Shown here: piece by piece, positions 63,200-64,000 of the stretch
How the letters are laid out: each line of letters opens with the position of its first letter
Numbering within the stretch: position 1 is the stretch's first letter
Assembly: GCA_963744995.1 (NCBI GenBank)
Contig: CAVUWA010000002.1
Coordinates: forward strand, 672,001 to 736,000
Source of the DNA: Candidatus Eiseniibacteriota bacterium
GTDB lineage: Bacteria > Eisenbacteria > RBG-16-71-46
Length of the DNA stretch: 64,000 nucleotides
Direction: 5' to 3'
Made by a program: the position numbers and the translations under genes
The notes under the pieces: generated by a model
Seen by the model: the letters and a program-made list of their open reading frames with translations, nothing else
Database searches by the model: none
Told to the model about the DNA's origin: nothing

Positions 63200-63937
63200 A
63201 TGGCACCCACGCGCGGCCCGCTCGGTGTTTGTTGTATCGCGCTCCTCGTCGCGTCATGCGCCTGGGGTGCCCCGGCGACGGAGGCGTATCACGTTGTGTG
63301 CGCACGCAAGGCACTTGCCGCTGGGGAGCAGGTTGACGTTCGACTTGAGCCGGCGCCGCCACCAGGCACCTACATCTACTGGCGGACCGCGGAGCAGATC
63401 GGAATGACACCCGGCGCCCCTGAAGCAAGCCGCGCGGTGTACACCGCCCCGTTCGTCATTCCTGCCGGATCTCCGCCGGCCGAGATCCGTGTCGACCTTT
63501 CTGGTCCGCAGACAGGGCGCATTGGGTTTGTCGGCCACGTTGATTTGGTCCCGAGTGCTCTCCCGGGAGTGCCCGACTGCCTCGCCTCAGGACAACGCTA
63601 CTCAACGGAGCGGGGCACGATCGAACCTGATGGATCGACAGTCACTCGGGTGGAGGGAATCGTCGTCCACATGGCTGATCCCGAATATCCGAAGATCGCC
63701 ATAAGCCGCGGCCTAACCGACGTCGTGCCCCTGAGAGTGCTGCTTTGCACGAGTGGCCGAGTCCTGGCCGCGTATCCGCAGACTTCGTACGACAACAACC
63801 GAGAGCCGATCGAGCATGAGCGCGTTCTGACCGAGGCCGCTACGACCATTATACGGTCGAGAACATTTGCACCGCTGATGAGGGACAGTTCCCCGGTGGC
63901 GGGGTGGATGCACGTGCACGTTGCCTTCCGTCAATAG
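63200..63937 (+). CDS. Secreted/lipoprotein with C-terminal TonB_C-like domain
   Basis: DPEYPKIAISRGLTDVV.LRVLL...GRV...LTEAA...RTFAP..RDSSPV.GW..V.V.F is the TonB C-terminal pattern. N-terminal signal-like segment. Confidence 0.65.
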   Translation: MAPTRGPLGVCCIALLVASCAWGAPATEAYHVVCARKALAAGEQVDVRLEPAPPPGTYIYWRTAEQIGMTPGAPEASRAVYTAPFVIPAGSPPAEIRVDLSGPQTGRIGFVGHVDLVPSALPGVPDCLASGQRYSTERGTIEPDGSTVTRVEGIVVHMADPEYPKIAISRGLTDVVPLRVLLCTSGRVLAAYPQTSYDNNREPIEHERVLTEAATTIIRSRTFAPLMRDSSPVAGWMHVHVAFRQ

Positions 63938-64000
63938 AGCGTTCGGGCGCGGACACCCCATTTGCAGCGCACCTGCGGGCTCATGGGGCCTCTCTCGGAA

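Overview
High-GC bacterial chromosomal window with about 50 real genes; most of the supplied six-frame ORFs are GC-rich antisense shadows. No rRNA, tRNA or CRISPR array was seen. Secreted proteins ending in FlgD/T9SS-like tails or a 'TWGxxKxxYR' tail suggest an uncultured diderm of the Eisenbacteria/Krumholzibacteriota/Latescibacterota type (inference only). Left to right: TetA-like MFS and TMEM175; a Hanks kinase-BRCT fusion; a ferritin-like/DUF2892/PII-like/RND/MFP cluster divergent from an ECF sigma factor with a fused zinc-finger domain; a Tat-signal small protein plus amidase; pgi; an HNH-family remnant; an HTH/membrane-protein pair; a frameshifted HtrA; a cytochrome c peroxidase; an M48 protease; a swivel-first aconitase-family enzyme; an OMP; an M16 protease; a Reeler protein; DUF819; a cupredoxin-like protein plus histidine kinase; SSADH; a double methyltransferase (METTL27-like plus a divergent EgtD) coupled to a betaine-type ABC transporter; ppc; a structured ncRNA candidate; several peptidases and hydrolases; tandem hypothetical paralogues; FIST plus hybrid kinase; YceI; an ATP-grasp ligase; an Ntn hydrolase; and a decayed accessory region (about 55-64 kb) with an integrase remnant and secreted repeat proteins. 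The best candidates for an undescribed system are the methyltransferase-EgtD-variant/ABC operon (32960-36958), the ECF-zinc-finger/RND/PII/DUF2892/ferritin/kinase-BRCT cluster (1414-9582) and the rod-shaped intergenic RNA (39929-40117). All family calls come from motif recognition by eye, not database searches.
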